A stretch of 64,000 nt of DNA. It comes from Candidatus Multivoradales bacterium. Its GTDB lineage: Bacteria > Acidobacteriota > Thermoanaerobaculia > Multivoradales > JAHEKO01. Location: contig CBDFIJ010000004.1 of assembly GCA_965248055.1 (NCBI GenBank), positions 2,976,001 to 3,040,000 on the forward strand, read 5' to 3'. Position numbers and translations under genes: made by a program. Below, piece after piece: positions 1 to 9,032 of this stretch (positions within the stretch are counted from its first letter, which is position 1; every line of letters begins with the position of its first letter). The notes beneath the pieces were generated by a model that saw only the letters and a program-made list of their open reading frames with translations, did no database searches and was not told the origin of the DNA.

Positions 1-486
1 ATGCGGACTGTCAACGTCCGCTCTGGATCGGGACTCGGGTTGATCGACCGGCTCGGCACTGGCTAGCGTCACCAAGACATCACTGGTGGAGCGCAGGTGG
101 TCGGCGATCTTTCCGATCGCCACGGGGTCGATCAGGGGTTCGTCGCCCTGAATGTTGATCACCGCGTCGCAATCCCATTGGCCGGCGGCAAAGGCGATGC
201 GGTCGGTTCCGGTGGCGCACGCTTCGGGAGTCATTTCGACCTCACCGCCGAATCCGGTGACCGCGTCGGCGATCCTGGAATCGTCGGTCAGTACCACCAC
301 ACGATCTAAACCCGCCTGGCAAGACCTGCGATACACGTGCTCGATCATCGATCGCCCAGCGATCTTGGCTAGGGGTTTGCCAGGGAAGCGGCTTGAAGCG
401 AAACGGGCTGGAATTGCGCCGAATACGGTGACCGCCCTGGATTGGGTTCTGACTGCCTTGACAGGCGTGATTTCGCTGGAGTGCAC
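1..486 (-). CDS. kdsB: 3-deoxy-manno-octulosonate cytidylyltransferase (CMP-Kdo synthetase), 3' end outside window
   Basis: Manual minus-strand translation (absent from the ORF track because it runs off the window): ...[32 protein letters not shown]...TGTDRIA...[13 protein letters not shown], the KdsB motifs. GTG start at 486 inferred from the promoter. Confidence 0.9.
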   Translation of the reverse strand, partial: MHSSEITPVKAVRTQSRAVTVFGAIPARFASSRFPGKPLAKIAGRSMIEHVYRRSCQAGLDRVVVLTDDSRIADAVTGFGGEVEMTPEACATGTDRIAFAAGQWDCDAVINIQGDEPLIDPVAIGKIADHLRSTSDVLVTLASAEPVDQPESRSRADVDSPH

Positions 487-491
487 GATCA

Positions 492-520
492 AATCTACGT
501 GACTGTCGCGGTGGGGTCAA
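492..520 (-). promoter_or_regulatory. sigma70-type promoter of kdsB (TTGACC-N17-TAGATT), leaderless geometry
   Basis: -35 at 515-520 and -10 at 492-497 on the minus strand; GTG 5 nt downstream with no SD. Confidence 0.55.
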
Positions 521-787
521 ATCTGGAAGTTGTCAAGCCAGAGGAAGCTCCCGATAGCCGGTGTAACGAGTTGCCTTGCGTGGCGGACATCTTGCGACCT
601 ACGGTCGTTGTTTGATTGGGATGAGGGGCGCTGGATCGGAACTAGGTCGCTGGTTGACCAGGAAGCACCAATAAGAGAAACCGCCCAACGGTCTTAGCAA
701 GGTCGGTCTCAAGGCGGTGTCGCATGGGCGCGGAGATCGGGTTTTTGGCGCATCTGGAGTGCGGGGAGCGTGCTAGATTGCGTTGCC

Positions 788-1933
788 ATGAGCTCCAGAA
801 GCCGATTCCGTTTGTGGCAATTGCTGGCAGTATGCGGTGTGGCCGTTGTGCTGTTCGCTTTGATTGATTCTTGGCGCCTGCAGTCAGCGAGCGACCATCA
901 GCCGACCGGCAGTGCCGAGTGGATCTGGGGGCGGCGTATGGAAGCTCCCGCGGCCTTCTTTATGGTCCGCGATTTCGAAATTGCAGAGAGCGTTGAACCA
1001 ACTGCCGAGAGTGCCGAGCTACAGATCCTGGCGGACGAGTCCTACACCGCATACCTGAATGGGCAACGTATCGGCTCCAATCGCTATCGTGCCGGTGCTG
1101 CGGTCGACCGTTATTTGGTACACCAGTTCTTGCGCCGGGGAGCCAACCGGATTGCGGTGTTGGTGGATCTCACACGTTTGCGCGGTGGCCTGTTGGCGCG
1201 GGTAGTGCGCGTGGATGCCGATGGTTCGAAGGAGGAATTGGTGGTTACCGACGAAGATTGGTCGGTGTTGCCAGAAAGTGCGGGGCCAAAATTTAGCAAT
1301 CCCAAACATCCTTTGCGACCGCTGCCTACTGTGGTGAGCCTCGGTCGTCCTCCGATTGGTCGTTGGGGTTGGCTGAAGCTTGGTGAACACCTCCGGACAC
1401 TGCTGCCCGATCAACAGCTGCTACGGCCAGACGGCACGGTGGCGTCCGCCGCGCGCCCGGCTAGCTATCGAGATCGTTCTGGGGTTTGGCACAACCTGCC
1501 GGCTCGCGCCCGTCGTCGGCCACTAGGGGATTGGGTCGAGTTTTCCTGGGATCAAGAGCAAACCGGTTTCTTTGGCATCCGACACCAGGCGAGCGAGCCG
1601 CCGGTGGGGTTGGTCTATTTGGGGATAGAACCACCCAACCCGGGAGTCGACGCTGCGGACTTGATCGTGGTCGGCCTCAAGAACCGGCAAACTTGGGAAG
1701 ACTCAGTGGTTCGCCGTTTTCGTTACGCCCTGGTTCTGGGGATTCCGTCGATTGTCGACGCCCGGGTGCATCGAACCAAACCGGAAGTCAGTGAACTCTG
1801 GGAACGGGAGCGAACTGGCGTGTTTTCGGTGGCGCCTCCTGCGGCAGGAGCTCGCTTACGATCGGCGGTGGAGGACGAAGTCTGGCGCCGCCTCGAGGGC
1901 ATTTCGCGCGCTGCTAGCGGGGATCTTGGATAA
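788..1933 (+). CDS. Membrane-anchored hypothetical protein with alpha-L-rhamnosidase N-terminal/galactose-binding-like domain
   Basis: N-terminal TM, AEWIW...F.RDF...AELQILADESYTAYLNGQRIG...LRRGANRIAV...VVTDEDW pattern; no catalytic GH domain evident. ATG 788 preferred over 770. Confidence 0.55.
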   Translation: MSSRSRFRLWQLLAVCGVAVVLFALIDSWRLQSASDHQPTGSAEWIWGRRMEAPAAFFMVRDFEIAESVEPTAESAELQILADESYTAYLNGQRIGSNRYRAGAAVDRYLVHQFLRRGANRIAVLVDLTRLRGGLLARVVRVDADGSKEELVVTDEDWSVLPESAGPKFSNPKHPLRPLPTVVSLGRPPIGRWGWLKLGEHLRTLLPDQQLLRPDGTVASAARPASYRDRSGVWHNLPARARRRPLGDWVEFSWDQEQTGFFGIRHQASEPPVGLVYLGIEPPNPGVDAADLIVVGLKNRQTWEDSVVRRFRYALVLGIPSIVDARVHRTKPEVSELWERERTGVFSVAPPAAGARLRSAVEDEVWRRLEGISRAASGDLG

Positions 1934-2938
1934 CGCTTCGAGTGCATTTTGTCCGTGTTGCTCGGCGATTTGGGTTGCCTGTTCCACGGTTCCTTCTCGG
2001 GCAATAATGTCCAGGACTTGCTCCGCTGGAATTCGGTCAAAGCTACGGTCTTTCATCACCTGGAAAATGCGCTGGCGTTCTTGATCGCTGATTTTTGGCA
2101 GCGACAATAGAACGGGCAAGGTCAGTTTGCCTTCACGGAGATCAGCCAAGGAAGGCTTGCCAAGATCGTCACTGACGGCGGTGAAGTCGAGCAGGTCGTC
2201 TTTGAGCTGGAAGCAAAGGCCCAGCTCCATACCATAGCTACGCAGGGAATCGCCTAGCTCTGACGATTGGCGGGCTGAGTCAGGGTCGATGAGTGTGGGT
2301 ACCTGGCAGGCAGCCGCGAACAGATGTGCAGTCTTGCGGCGGATAATGCGGTAGTACTCATCCAGCGTGAGATCGGGGGCGCCCAGCCGCTCCAACGTGA
2401 GTAACTCACCTTCGGTCATTTTCAGAGTTGCTTCGACCAAAGTGCGAATGACGTCGACGCGATCATGGCGCAGAGCCAGATGCATAGCGGTGGTGTAGAT
2501 CCAGTCGCCGAGCAACACAGTTCGGCTGTTGCCCCATTTTTGATTGGGAGTTGCTTGTCCTCGCCGTAACCCGGAGTGATCAACGACATCGTCGTGTACC
2601 AGGGTGGCGGTGTGGATCAGTTCGACCACGGCGGCATAGGTGACCGCCTCCTCGCCCAGGCGGTCGATAGCCCTGGCAACTAGCAGCAGCAGTGCTGGAC
2701 GCACTCTCTTGCCGCCCCCGGCGGCTATGTAGGTCCCGGCGTCATCGATGAAAGAAACGTCGGACGCCAAGCGGGCGCGGAACAGCTCTTCGACTTGTTC
2801 TAACTCGCTGGCGATCAGTGGCAAAAATGCCGCGGTGCCAGACACGGATGCACTTTGGGAGGGGACCTCACTGGACGTCACAGGACTAGATAACTCCGTC
2901 GCCGATGGCGGAGTTGCGATGGTTGATTCAGAAGCCAT
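1856..2938 (-). CDS. ispB: Polyprenyl (octaprenyl-type) diphosphate synthase
   Basis: GGKRVRP, ELIHTATLVHDDVVD..LRRG (FARM), FQLKDDLLD (SARM), GK...DLREGK.TLP. Confidence 0.9.
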   Translation of the reverse strand: MASESTIATPPSATELSSPVTSSEVPSQSASVSGTAAFLPLIASELEQVEELFRARLASDVSFIDDAGTYIAAGGGKRVRPALLLLVARAIDRLGEEAVTYAAVVELIHTATLVHDDVVDHSGLRRGQATPNQKWGNSRTVLLGDWIYTTAMHLALRHDRVDVIRTLVEATLKMTEGELLTLERLGAPDLTLDEYYRIIRRKTAHLFAAACQVPTLIDPDSARQSSELGDSLRSYGMELGLCFQLKDDLLDFTAVSDDLGKPSLADLREGKLTLPVLLSLPKISDQERQRIFQVMKDRSFDRIPAEQVLDIIAREGTVEQATQIAEQHGQNALEALSKIPASSARNALEAAPDFVLHRRS

Positions 2939-2982
2939 GGTGCTGGGCCGGCTGTTGCCGCCGGATGATCGGATTATACGAG

Positions 2983-3666
2983 TCAGTAGTCACCTTCCAC
3001 CCATTCAATCTCCGGGGGAAGGAATCGAGGGTCTCTCGCTGGCAGTAATTCTCCGGCGGCAAACTCGAACGCAGTCTCACTGCCTTCTTCGTCTTCATAT
3101 TCGAACCGGGTCGGCAACCCGGTCCTCAGATCGACGGTGATCTCGGCTACGGCAAAGCCCGCATTAGCTGATCCGGTTGTCTCAGAGGGGGATATGCGCA
3201 CCGCCGAATAATCGCCGTTGATCGAGACTTTGGTTGCCCGATACTTGTTTCTTAGTTCAGCCATCGGCGCCAACCACAATTCAAAGGCGCCCGACTGCTC
3301 TCCGTCCAGGTGCAAACGCCGCCCGGAATCTTCGCCCTGATTCCACACCATAACCGTTCGATCACACAGCAGGTAACTGCGAGGATCCGGCTGGTGATAG
3401 TCCCAGCGCAGGCAATCGGGCAGATCAAAGGAGACCACTCCGGTTTCCAAATCACCGGAGCTGAATCCCGCCGGGACGAAGGTCTGCTGAAAGGGGACTG
3501 CGCGGGCAGACTGAGCCAAAGCGTTGCGTGTCGCGGTCAGTGCGTTCCAGGCAGTGTCAGCTTCTGTATCGAGACCACCTGCTTGCCCCTGAACCGCCGC
3601 CGCATTCAGACAAAGGGCCAGCAACACGGTTGTTGCAATGGCAAATAGGGGAGTTGACTGGGGCAT
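2983..3666 (-). CDS. lolA: Outer-membrane lipoprotein carrier LolA-family protein
   Basis: Signal peptide; F.QTF...ETG.V.F..P..LRWDY..P....LL.D...MVW pattern. Confidence 0.7.
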   Translation of the reverse strand: MPQSTPLFAIATTVLLALCLNAAAVQGQAGGLDTEADTAWNALTATRNALAQSARAVPFQQTFVPAGFSSGDLETGVVSFDLPDCLRWDYHQPDPRSYLLCDRTVMVWNQGEDSGRRLHLDGEQSGAFELWLAPMAELRNKYRATKVSINGDYSAVRISPSETTGSANAGFAVAEITVDLRTGLPTRFEYEDEEGSETAFEFAAGELLPARDPRFLPPEIEWVEGDY

Positions 3667-3695
3667 GGAGATTTTCTTCGAGTGGAGTGTTAGAA

Positions 3696-5222
3696 CTAGT
3701 GGCGAAAGTGTCGTCGCCCGGTCATCATCATTGCCACCCCGAGTCGATTCGCAGTGGCGATCACTTCGTCATCTCGGCGGCTTCCGCCGGGCTGCACCAC
3801 GGCCGTCACCCCGGCTTGGGCCAAGGTTTCCAAACCGTCGGCGAACGGGAAGAAGGCATCGGAGGCAGCGCAAGTGCCCTGCAAGTCGATCGTCGCTTTG
3901 TCGATGGCGATACGGCAGGAGTCAACCCGGCTCATCTGTCCCGCGCCAATGCCGACGGTTTGCTCGGCGTTGGCCAGGACGATGGCATTGGAACGCACCG
4001 CACCACAGACCGTCCAAGCGAGGCGCATTGCGTCGAGTTCCTCCTGGCTCGGTTGGCGTTCGGTTGCCACCGACCAGGATTCTGCTTTGTCGCTGATGGA
4101 ATCTCGCTGCTGTGTCAGGAGGCCACCGTCGATCGATCGATATTCAACTCCAGTCGCAGGTTCGATCGGGCATTGGATCAAACGCAGATTGGCCTTCTTG
4201 CCGAATAAGGCCAGTGCGTCGGAGGTAAATGTCGGGGCAACGATCACTTCGACAAATAGGCTTTGCAAGGCTGCCGCCAGCGACGGGTCGACAGGCCGAT
4301 TGACTCCAATTACCGATCCAAAGGCACTCACCGGGTCGCAGGCGAGCGCTCGTTGATAGGCATCTTCCAGGTCAGTGGCCAAGCCGACACCACAGGGGTT
4401 GTTGTGCTTGACGATGGCCACGCAGGGTTGTGCAAAGGAGGCAGCCAAAGAGCGTGCAGCGTCTAGGTCCAGGAAGTTGTTGTAGGACAGTTGTTTGCCC
4501 TGAAGCTGCTGATAGCCGCCCAGCAATTCCTGATCCGCAAGGCGGTAGACCGCGGCCAATTGGTGCGGATTCTCTCCGTAGCGGGGCACGAGTTCCCGTC
4601 GCAGGTTGAGAGTCAGCTCGGTCGGTAGCTCGGAGCCATCGGTCGCGGCCATCCAGTCGGCGATTTCCCGGTCATAAGCTGTAGTGTGCTGGAAGGCCTT
4701 GGTCGCCAGTTCGGTTCGCAGAGCATGGGATCGGTGCTGGTCACCCTCTCGCAGCGCATTCAGGATCTGGGAGTAGTCCGCAGGATCGACCACCACCCAA
4801 ACGGTTGCATGATTCTTCGCCGCTGCGCGGATCATGGTCGGACCGCCGATATCGATCATTTCGATGCAAGCGTCACGATCGGCCCCCGAGGCCACGGTTT
4901 GGCGAAACGGATAGAGGTTGACCGCGACCAGATCAATCGGGCTCATTCCTTGGCGGTCGAGTTCCGCTTGATGGGTCTCTTTGCTGCGGTCCGACAAGAT
5001 CCCGGCGTGAATCGCCGGGTGCAGAGTCTTGACCCGACCATCGAGGATCTCGGGAAATCCGGTTACTGCGCTGACTGCAGTAACCGCCACTCCTTGCTCG
5101 GTGAGTTGTCGCGCGGTGCCGCCGGTGGACAAGATTTCAAAGCCCAGTTCTTGCAACCCTTGAGCAAATCCCCTCACCTGCTTTTTGTCAAAAACAGAAA
5201 TCAGCGCGCGTCGGGTCATCAA
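3696..5222 (-). CDS. purH: Bifunctional AICAR transformylase/IMP cyclohydrolase
   Basis: RALISVFDK, STGGTA, GRVKTLHP, IDIGGPTMIRAAAKN, RYGENPHQ, KHNNPCG, ASDAFFPF, RHFRH. Confidence 0.98.
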   Translation of the reverse strand: MMTRRALISVFDKKQVRGFAQGLQELGFEILSTGGTARQLTEQGVAVTAVSAVTGFPEILDGRVKTLHPAIHAGILSDRSKETHQAELDRQGMSPIDLVAVNLYPFRQTVASGADRDACIEMIDIGGPTMIRAAAKNHATVWVVVDPADYSQILNALREGDQHRSHALRTELATKAFQHTTAYDREIADWMAATDGSELPTELTLNLRRELVPRYGENPHQLAAVYRLADQELLGGYQQLQGKQLSYNNFLDLDAARSLAASFAQPCVAIVKHNNPCGVGLATDLEDAYQRALACDPVSAFGSVIGVNRPVDPSLAAALQSLFVEVIVAPTFTSDALALFGKKANLRLIQCPIEPATGVEYRSIDGGLLTQQRDSISDKAESWSVATERQPSQEELDAMRLAWTVCGAVRSNAIVLANAEQTVGIGAGQMSRVDSCRIAIDKATIDLQGTCAASDAFFPFADGLETLAQAGVTAVVQPGGSRRDDEVIATANRLGVAMMMTGRRHFRH

Positions 5223-6070
5223 TCGAGTTTCTCACTGGCCTCGAGGGAGGCACTGGTTTGGGAAATGGTATTGATTTGCGAGAAGGCTGTGGATTGGGAA
5301 GGGGCACTGGTCTGAGCGCTTGCGGTGGGACCGGACTGCGCACCCCTGGCCGGGAGAATGCGCAAGTCGGCACCTCCGGCGTCGATCCAGATATCACGCA
5401 ACGCCAAGCCGACGTCGGTAATCGCGTGACTGAAGGCGAGCGCCGAGACGCCAAAAGCGCTGGAACGGTCATCAAATTTTCGCGCTCCGGGGGGACCGCC
5501 GACGCGCCGATATTCCGTTTCCAGAACTGTTCTGTAGCGTCGACCCCGGGCGCTTGCGCCCTTGACCACAGTTGCCAACCCTGAACCGGACTCGAGTTGT
5601 GGAATCAGTCCGTAGAAGACTGGCCGGAAACGATTGCGGGCACTGTCCACGTAACCCAAGTAGTCGGTGTAATTGGGGGTCCGCCCCCCAGCGTGGTACG
5701 GATTGTTGGCGTAGGCCACCCAGTAAGAGATCTTGCCCATCTGCTCGATGACGTCAGCGAACGGAACATGTTGTTGGATCATCGCCACGGCGCGTTGGGC
5801 TTCTCGCTCGATCAAGGTTCCGACCGAGCCGCTACCCAAGGAAGCCCCTCGCTCGACCCCGGTACGAAACGCTGCCTGGTGCTTTTCAATTTGCCGCGCC
5901 AAGTCCGGCGGGACCACGGCTTTGGCTTGCTCGGCGATTGCCTGTTGTGAGTTCTTAGTCCAAGCGTAGGTACCAGAGCTTGTCCACAGCGCCGAGCACA
6001 ACAGCAGCATCACGACTCGACCAGAACGGAGTCTAATTGTCCGTTCGCCGCTAGTACTCACCAAGATCAT
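5219..6070 (-). CDS. Secreted hypothetical protein, zinc-dependent phospholipase C/S1-P1 nuclease-like fold with degenerate metal ligands
   Basis: Signal peptide followed by mature N-terminal W (YA/WTKNSQQAIA); MGKISYWVAYANNPYH aligns by eye to the LG..HY..D...PLH motif. Confidence 0.5.
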   Translation of the reverse strand: MILVSTSGERTIRLRSGRVVMLLLCSALWTSSGTYAWTKNSQQAIAEQAKAVVPPDLARQIEKHQAAFRTGVERGASLGSGSVGTLIEREAQRAVAMIQQHVPFADVIEQMGKISYWVAYANNPYHAGGRTPNYTDYLGYVDSARNRFRPVFYGLIPQLESGSGLATVVKGASARGRRYRTVLETEYRRVGGPPGARKFDDRSSAFGVSALAFSHAITDVGLALRDIWIDAGGADLRILPARGAQSGPTASAQTSAPSQSTAFSQINTISQTSASLEASEKLD

Positions 6071-6149
6071 CGGGCACTCACCAACATCATTGGGAGATTG
6101 TATCGATGGATGGGGAGGCTGTTGAAAGGCCAGCTACTAATAACAGGGG

Positions 6150-6226
<77 letters not shown>

Positions 6227-6254
6227 CAGATTTCACGATGTGAAACCCAAGCGG

Positions 6255-6283
6255 TTTTTAGCAGCCGTCTGGGGTTCCGTCAA
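6255..6283 (-). promoter_or_regulatory. Probable tRNA-Phe promoter (TTGACG-N17-TAAAAA with extended TG)
   Basis: -35 at 6278-6283, TGC then TAAAAA at 6255-6260, about 30 nt upstream of the tRNA. Confidence 0.55.
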
Positions 6284-6288
6284 GTGTT

Positions 6289-7540
6289 TGTCCTAGATCA
6301 GTACCTTTGAGACAGTCGGCGGGAGCACGACCCCTGGGTCGAGCTTTAGAAGGTACCTTGCCGGGGGTTTTCTTTTCAAGCTCTTGTGCGGCCTGTAGGT
6401 GTTGTAAAGGTCCTGGAATCTCTGGATGTAAGGTCTCAAAGCCGAGACAGTATCGGGTAGCTCTTACATTTCATAAAACTCTCCTCTCCAGGTTTCCTGC
6501 ATTCGTTCGACGGTGCGGTTGAGCTTCGGACTCTTTGGCGGCAGCACATAGAGGGTGATGCCTCTATCTCGGCAGGCTTTCTCAAATTCATCCATAAATT
6601 CACTACCACCGTCCACTTGGATCGAGGTGATGTCAAACGGACACTCGGCAATGACTTTGTCTAGAAAGCGTGCTGCACAGCGAGAAGTGGCACGTTGATA
6701 GATCTCTCCCACTGTCCACCGGCTGACCGGACAGGAGGCTGAAAAGTGTTTGAGCCACTTGCCTGGAGCAGGGACCAGATGCAGCGTGTCGATCTGCAGT
6801 CGCTCGCCAGGGCGCGTTGGTCGGGGACACCATTTCGGCAGTCGCTGAGCGTGGAGCCGGCGCATACGCCGGGAGTTTTTGTACTTCTGGCGCCGGTAGC
6901 GTACCCGGTGGATTACCCCTCGATCCATTAGTTTGCGCAAGATACGCCCGACGGTGGCTTCTGATACCTCAAAGCCCTCGCCCTGGATCAGCGGCGCTAG
7001 GGTTTCCTTGCCCCAGGCAGGAAAGTCTCGACGGAGACTTTCGACTCTCTGTACCAATTCAGGTGACCAGTCAGCCTTACGCACCCGCTTGGGTCGGCTT
7101 GAGATCGGTTCTAGATGTCGGGGGCCACGCTCAAGGCGTTTGCGCCAGCGGTAAAGGGTAGCTCGACTCTTGCCCAAGATCTGAGCTGCTTCTTCACCCG
7201 AGATCCCCTTGTCGCGTAGTTGCTCGAAGCTCGCAACCAAGCGCAGCCGATCACGAGCCTGAGAGCTTAAGACAACGATGTCTTCACGGTAGTACTTGTA
7301 GAAACTTGGATCGAGTGCGACGATTTGCATCTGGGGGCCTCCCTTCGTTTTGGGTTATTCGATAGACCCGAAGGATCTTGGCCCCCTTTTTACTTGTCAA
7401 GGCTGTGGATGATGATGGGCTGGTGCAAAGCCAGCTACGCTTGCCTTCCCACAGCCCTTGGAAATCTCTCACGAGATTCCCACATCCCCCACAGCCTCGG
7501 CGACTAACGGCGCTGTCTCACAGGTGTTTGATCTAGGTCA
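6289..7540 (-). mobile_element. IS481-family insertion sequence, copy 1 (1252 bp)
   Basis: Near-identical to 23120-24371. Imperfect terminal IRs TGTCCTAGATCAGTACCTTTGAGACA / TGACCTAGATCAAACACCTGTGAGACA; single HTH+DDE transposase; flanked by GTT on both sides. Confidence 0.9.
6293..7330 (-). pseudogene. IS481-family transposase with premature stop (288 aa versus 345 aa in copy 2)
   Basis: TAT(Tyr)->TAA at 6464-6466 relative to copy 2; the DDE residues (QIDT, QVDGGSEF, VERMQ) are retained. Confidence 0.85.
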
Positions 7541-7623
7541 GTTTTGCGGTTCGACTGCAATCTTGGGTGACGCAAGCGGTCGAAAATGGAGAAAGTAGGG
7601 TATCTGATTGCAACAGCGGATCA

Positions 7624-7890
7624 TCAATTCGGAAATTCCGGTCCCGAATCACCGAGAACCTTGCCGTCGGGCAACACACGTACTTGGAGCCGAATTTCTT
7701 TTTCCAAGATCAAGGTCGCGGAGGTAGATCGTTCTGGGGGCGAATCCATCTCTAAGGTGCCTTCGATTTTGTAACGGCCACCCAAGCCGCCGAGAAATTG
7801 TTCCCAAACGTCCAGTTTGTAGGTGATCGGCTGCTCGGGCAAGGTGGCTGAATCGGTGAGTAGGCCACTCCCAGAGTACCGCTCTACCAT
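7624..7890 (-). CDS. Small hypothetical protein (88 aa)
   Basis: ATG at 7890 preceded by AGGAGG SD; plausible beta-rich globular sequence. Confidence 0.55.
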   Translation of the reverse strand: MVERYSGSGLLTDSATLPEQPITYKLDVWEQFLGGLGGRYKIEGTLEMDSPPERSTSATLILEKEIRLQVRVLPDGKVLGDSGPEFPN

Positions 7891-8003
7891 ACGCCAGCCT
7901 CCTAAGCGTCTTTGCAATCGCACCGATAGAGCCTAGCAGGCTGGGTCACCCGTCAGATTAGCGAGTTAATAAGTAGAGCTTCTATGACGGCAGACGGCTC
8001 TGG

Positions 8004-9032
8004 TCACGGAGAGTGGTCGAACGTTTTCAGCTGAGCCAAGCTTTGATTCGCTAATTGGTCCAGCCAACGACCAAATCCCGGCTCGATACGGCGGAACTGA
8101 CCCTCGAATGCACGCACCAGCTCGGGTCGATTCCGGGTCGCGAGTTCTCTCAGCAGAGCACGAAATTCGCGCTGGGTGTCGCCATCTACTCCATCGAAGA
8201 GATAGCGAACCAGCAGACCAGCTTGCGGATAGAGCAACTCCAGGTCACCGTGCTTGTCGGACCAGTCTCCGAGCAGAGAGCCTAGCGGGGGCCAGCTTTG
8301 AGGTTGTTCGGAGTACTTCAGTAGCGCAGCCATCGGGCCCTCCAACTCGATCCGATGGGTGGTGGTACGCCTGCCGCCGGGGCCATTCTTGTGGCTTACC
8401 GAGGTGCTGGAAGTGGAGGAGATGGTTCCGAGGATGAGATGACCGTTGGCGTCGACGCGGTTGTACGACAGTGAGGTGGCCAAGCCTTCGTCGAGCCAAG
8501 AGGGCAATCGATCCTCAAAGGTGGCTCGGTTCAATAGGTGAACCGTTTCATGAATCACCAGCGAACGAAGATGATCCGGCGAGTGTCCGCTGACGAACGT
8601 CGCAGCCAGTTTCCCAGAGGCATGACCCTCGGCTTGGCGCGGCAGCCCCTGGCCAAATTGACGGCGAAATCGTCGATATTGCTTCTCGTCGGCGAACAAG
8701 ATGAACCAAGAGTCAGGAGGCGTGGATTGCACTCGAACCCGCGCCTGATAGGAATCACGAAGTGCATTCGCGATTGCCTGCAGCTCGCCCCGTGTCTCGG
8801 TCGCTAAGCGGGATTCCGCGAGCAGTTGACCACTCCCGAAGGGATACTCGAAGGGTCGTTGGAGTATGGTTTTGGCGAACTCGACTTGTTGACCAGTGGT
8901 CTCCGTGATTAGGCCGTGGTTGACTCTTGTCGCGTCGTTTTGCGCCGGCAGTTCTGAACAGCCTAGGTACAGGAGACAGGCCAAAACGGTGCGCAGCGAC
9001 GCAGTCGAGCGCTTGGTGACGGTTGCGCTCAT
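8004..9032 (-). CDS. Exported gluzincin-type metallopeptidase-like protein (DUF1570/peptidase MA-like)
   Basis: N-terminal signal/lipobox-like segment, VIHETVHLL and LPSWLDEGLA zinc motifs. Confidence 0.7.
   Translation of the reverse strand: MSATVTKRSTASLRTVLACLLYLGCSELPAQNDATRVNHGLITETTGQQVEFAKTILQRPFEYPFGSGQLLAESRLATETRGELQAIANALRDSYQARVRVQSTPPDSWFILFADEKQYRRFRRQFGQGLPRQAEGHASGKLAATFVSGHSPDHLRSLVIHETVHLLNRATFEDRLPSWLDEGLATSLSYNRVDANGHLILGTISSTSSTSVSHKNGPGGRRTTTHRIELEGPMAALLKYSEQPQSWPPLGSLLGDWSDKHGDLELLYPQAGLLVRYLFDGVDGDTQREFRALLRELATRNRPELVRAFEGQFRRIEPGFGRWLDQLANQSLAQLKTFDHSP

Noticed and set aside
97-520. Short ORFs listed at the window start
   Set aside because: Shadow frames of kdsB, which runs off the window on the minus strand.
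1856-1933. 78-bp convergent overlap between the hypothetical gene and ispB
   Set aside because: Both reading frames look intact; tail-to-tail overlaps are common in high-GC genomes and nothing indicates a function.
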